The notes under the pieces were generated by a model. That model searched no databases and was not told the DNA's origin. It was given only the letters and a program-made list of their open reading frames with translations. Shown one piece after another: positions 62,424-64,000 of a stretch of 64,000 nt of DNA. The stretch spans positions 446 through 64,445 of the forward strand of contig JBEBGN010000004.1 of assembly GCA_040081395.1 (NCBI GenBank), written 5' to 3'. The translations under genes and the position numbers were made by a program. This DNA is from Longimicrobiales bacterium (GTDB taxonomy: Bacteria; Gemmatimonadota; Gemmatimonadetes; Longimicrobiales; Gaopeijiaceae). The first letter of the stretch is position 1, and every line of letters begins with the position of its first letter.

Positions 62424-64000
62424 CTACAATCGGAACAGGTACTGGAACTTGGCGAAGATGGCTCGGTTGGTGCGCCGCAGTCCCTGCGTGTAGTAGAGCT
62501 GCTCGTCGAAGCCGTCTCCATCACGGTCGCCCTCGATGAGGTCTCCCTGCTGGTAGTGGTCGTCGTAACCCAGGAAGAACACGGTGCCCGCGTTCACCCG
62601 GTAGTTGAAGAGGACATTCAGGTCGAACGTCTTATCCTCCGTATTCCACTCGGTGATGTTGCGCACCCCGAGCCGCGGCGTGACGTAGAAGTTGGTGTTG
62701 GCGCGGATGATCTTGATTGAGAACACCTCCGCGTCCCCGTTCGCGGGGTCGGTGAGGCGCGTCGAGTTGAAGTTGAGGCTGGTCGAGAGCGCGTCCGTCG
62801 GGCGCAGGGTGCCGTTCACGTTCCAACCGATTTGGCGTCCCAGGAAGGGACCCGCGTAGTAGATCTCGTCCCCCATCGAGAAGTTGCCGCCGAACTCGTA
62901 GCGCCGGTTGGTGTTCACGCGGCCGCCGATGGAGAAGCCATCCTTCTCGTACTCGACGCCCTGCCAGCGCTCCATGTCGACGTCATAGCCGCCGTTCAGG
63001 CTGATGCTGCGTGCGAACGAGAAGTTCATCCGGAAGCCCAGGTTCTCGTCCTGGAGGATCTCGTCGTAGTCGTAGTTGCGCGTATAAGTGACCTGCGGGC
63101 CCCAGTTGATGATCCAGCTCTGAGGCCAGAAGCGGTACGACAGGTTGGTGCTGGCTTGACGGGTGTCACGACGTCGCACGAAGCCCACGTCGGTGTCGAA
63201 GTCCGGCGAGATCTGGTAGGCGTTCAGGGACCAGCCGAGTTGTCGGCCACTCCTCGAAAGGCGGGTCGAGATCATGTGCCCGTCTTCGGACACGTCCCCC
63301 GGATCCTTGAGCCAGGAGCCGACCGCCGTCAGATCGCCTGACACGGTTGGTGTGATCCGTATGTTCGTATTGAGTCCGAACGCACGGCTGAAGCCATCCA
63401 TGAACTCCCGATCCGTGAAGATCGCCCCCACCTGGGACTCGGGCCAAAGCTCGAAGAGCGCGCGACCGATCACCGTTTGAGCGTTCTTGTCGAACGCGGG
63501 ATCGTTGGGGTCGGGCACGTTGCCAGGCGCTTGATCGTTCGCGGTCAGCAACCCGAGCGACAGGCGACCGATCTGGCCGGTCAGCTTCGCACCGTAGTCG
63601 GGGTCGACGATGGTGCGGGTGTGCACGAACGTGACCGGCGCCGTGATCGCGAAGATCTCGGCCCCTTCGACGAAGAAGGGCCTGAGCTCGTTGAAGAAGA
63701 GCGGGAAGCGCTGGTTGACCTGGATCTGCGGCTGGTCGGATTCGATCTGCGAGAAGTCCGGGTTGACCGTGAAGTCGGCGGTGAGGTTCGACGTGACGCC
63801 GTACTTCACGTTCAGGCCGATGTCAGGGTCGGGATCGCCATTCACGAAGTCCGGGCGCGTGGGATCGATGTCGCCGTACTGGATCGCCGTGACGGTCGGG
63901 AGCATCTCGATGTTCCGGCTCGTCGACAGGTCGGTCATCCCCTCGAGCAGCCCCATCTGGGCGAAGAAGCTCGTCTCGTCGCGCGACATGGGCGCCCAGA
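62424..64000 (-). CDS. DUF5916-family outer-membrane protein (partial; N-terminus beyond the window end)
   Basis: NPDFSQIESDQPQIQVNQRFPLFFNELRPFFVEG motif; alternating beta-strand pattern; C-terminal ...FQYLFRL. The frame stays open to base 64000. Confidence 0.6.
   Translation of the reverse strand, partial: WAPMSRDETSFFAQMGLLEGMTDLSTSRNIEMLPTVTAIQYGDIDPTRPDFVNGDPDPDIGLNVKYGVTSNLTADFTVNPDFSQIESDQPQIQVNQRFPLFFNELRPFFVEGAEIFAITAPVTFVHTRTIVDPDYGAKLTGQIGRLSLGLLTANDQAPGNVPDPNDPAFDKNAQTVIGRALFELWPESQVGAIFTDREFMDGFSRAFGLNTNIRITPTVSGDLTAVGSWLKDPGDVSEDGHMISTRLSRSGRQLGWSLNAYQISPDFDTDVGFVRRRDTRQASTNLSYRFWPQSWIINWGPQVTYTRNYDYDEILQDENLGFRMNFSFARSISLNGGYDVDMERWQGVEYEKDGFSIGGRVNTNRRYEFGGNFSMGDEIYYAGPFLGRQIGWNVNGTLRPTDALSTSLNFNSTRLTDPANGDAEVFSIKIIRANTNFYVTPRLGVRNITEWNTEDKTFDLNVLFNYRVNAGTVFFLGYDDHYQQGDLIEGDRDGDGFDEQLYYTQGLRRTNRAIFAKFQYLFRL

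Overview
This is a GC-rich bacterial chromosomal segment; codon third positions are almost always G/C. The gene content (a SusC/SusD pair, many CarboxypepD_reg-domain proteins, a lipoprotein serpin, PolX, lutABC) suggests a Gemmatimonadota-like or FCB-group organism, but that is inference only because no database search was possible. I call about 58 protein genes, 2 tRNAs, 3 hairpin terminators and one interspersed/tandem palindromic repeat family.

Most of the window is housekeeping:
- thiolase, a Zn-ADH and a DadA-like oxidase
- a suf Fe-S cluster locus (sufC-B-D, a Rieske gene, sufS, then sufU) that is split by an oppositely oriented kef gene
- lutABC, a fatty-acid desaturase, ligA-polX, fabI, bioY and pyruvate carboxylase
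- tRNA-Glu(CUC) and tRNA-Val(CAC)
- a SusC/SusD pair plus envelope and secreted proteins: patatin, an M6 protease, an M28 protease, a matrixin-like protease, a serpin, an OmpA-like protein, a TonB-like protein and a TPR protein

I saw no CRISPR array, transposase, integrase, phage genes or canonical defence genes.

The most unusual items are:
1. A single 772-codon ORF joins a degenerate receiver, an AraC-type HTH, a lipobox/TM segment and a complete PBP4 (DacB) domain. It sits inside an ECF-sigma / anti-sigma / YbjQ / M28 / MBL envelope gene array.
2. A roughly 140-nt palindromic repeat family occurs as a tandem array downstream of susD and as a single copy inside the suf operon. Compensatory base changes preserve two stems between the copies.
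3. Several gene strings have overlapping stop and start codons in unexpected combinations: patatin-lipoprotein-M6 protease, desaturase-membrane protein-lutABC, and ligA-polX-DUF2157.
4. A metzincin carries a roughly 140-aa coiled-coil insert.
5. There are two stand-alone CarboxypepD_reg + plug-like proteins that lack a barrel.
6. A type II haloacid dehalogenase carries a Tat signal.

All functional calls rest on motif recognition by eye. Many start codons were re-assigned from the ORF track using 4-nt start/stop overlaps.
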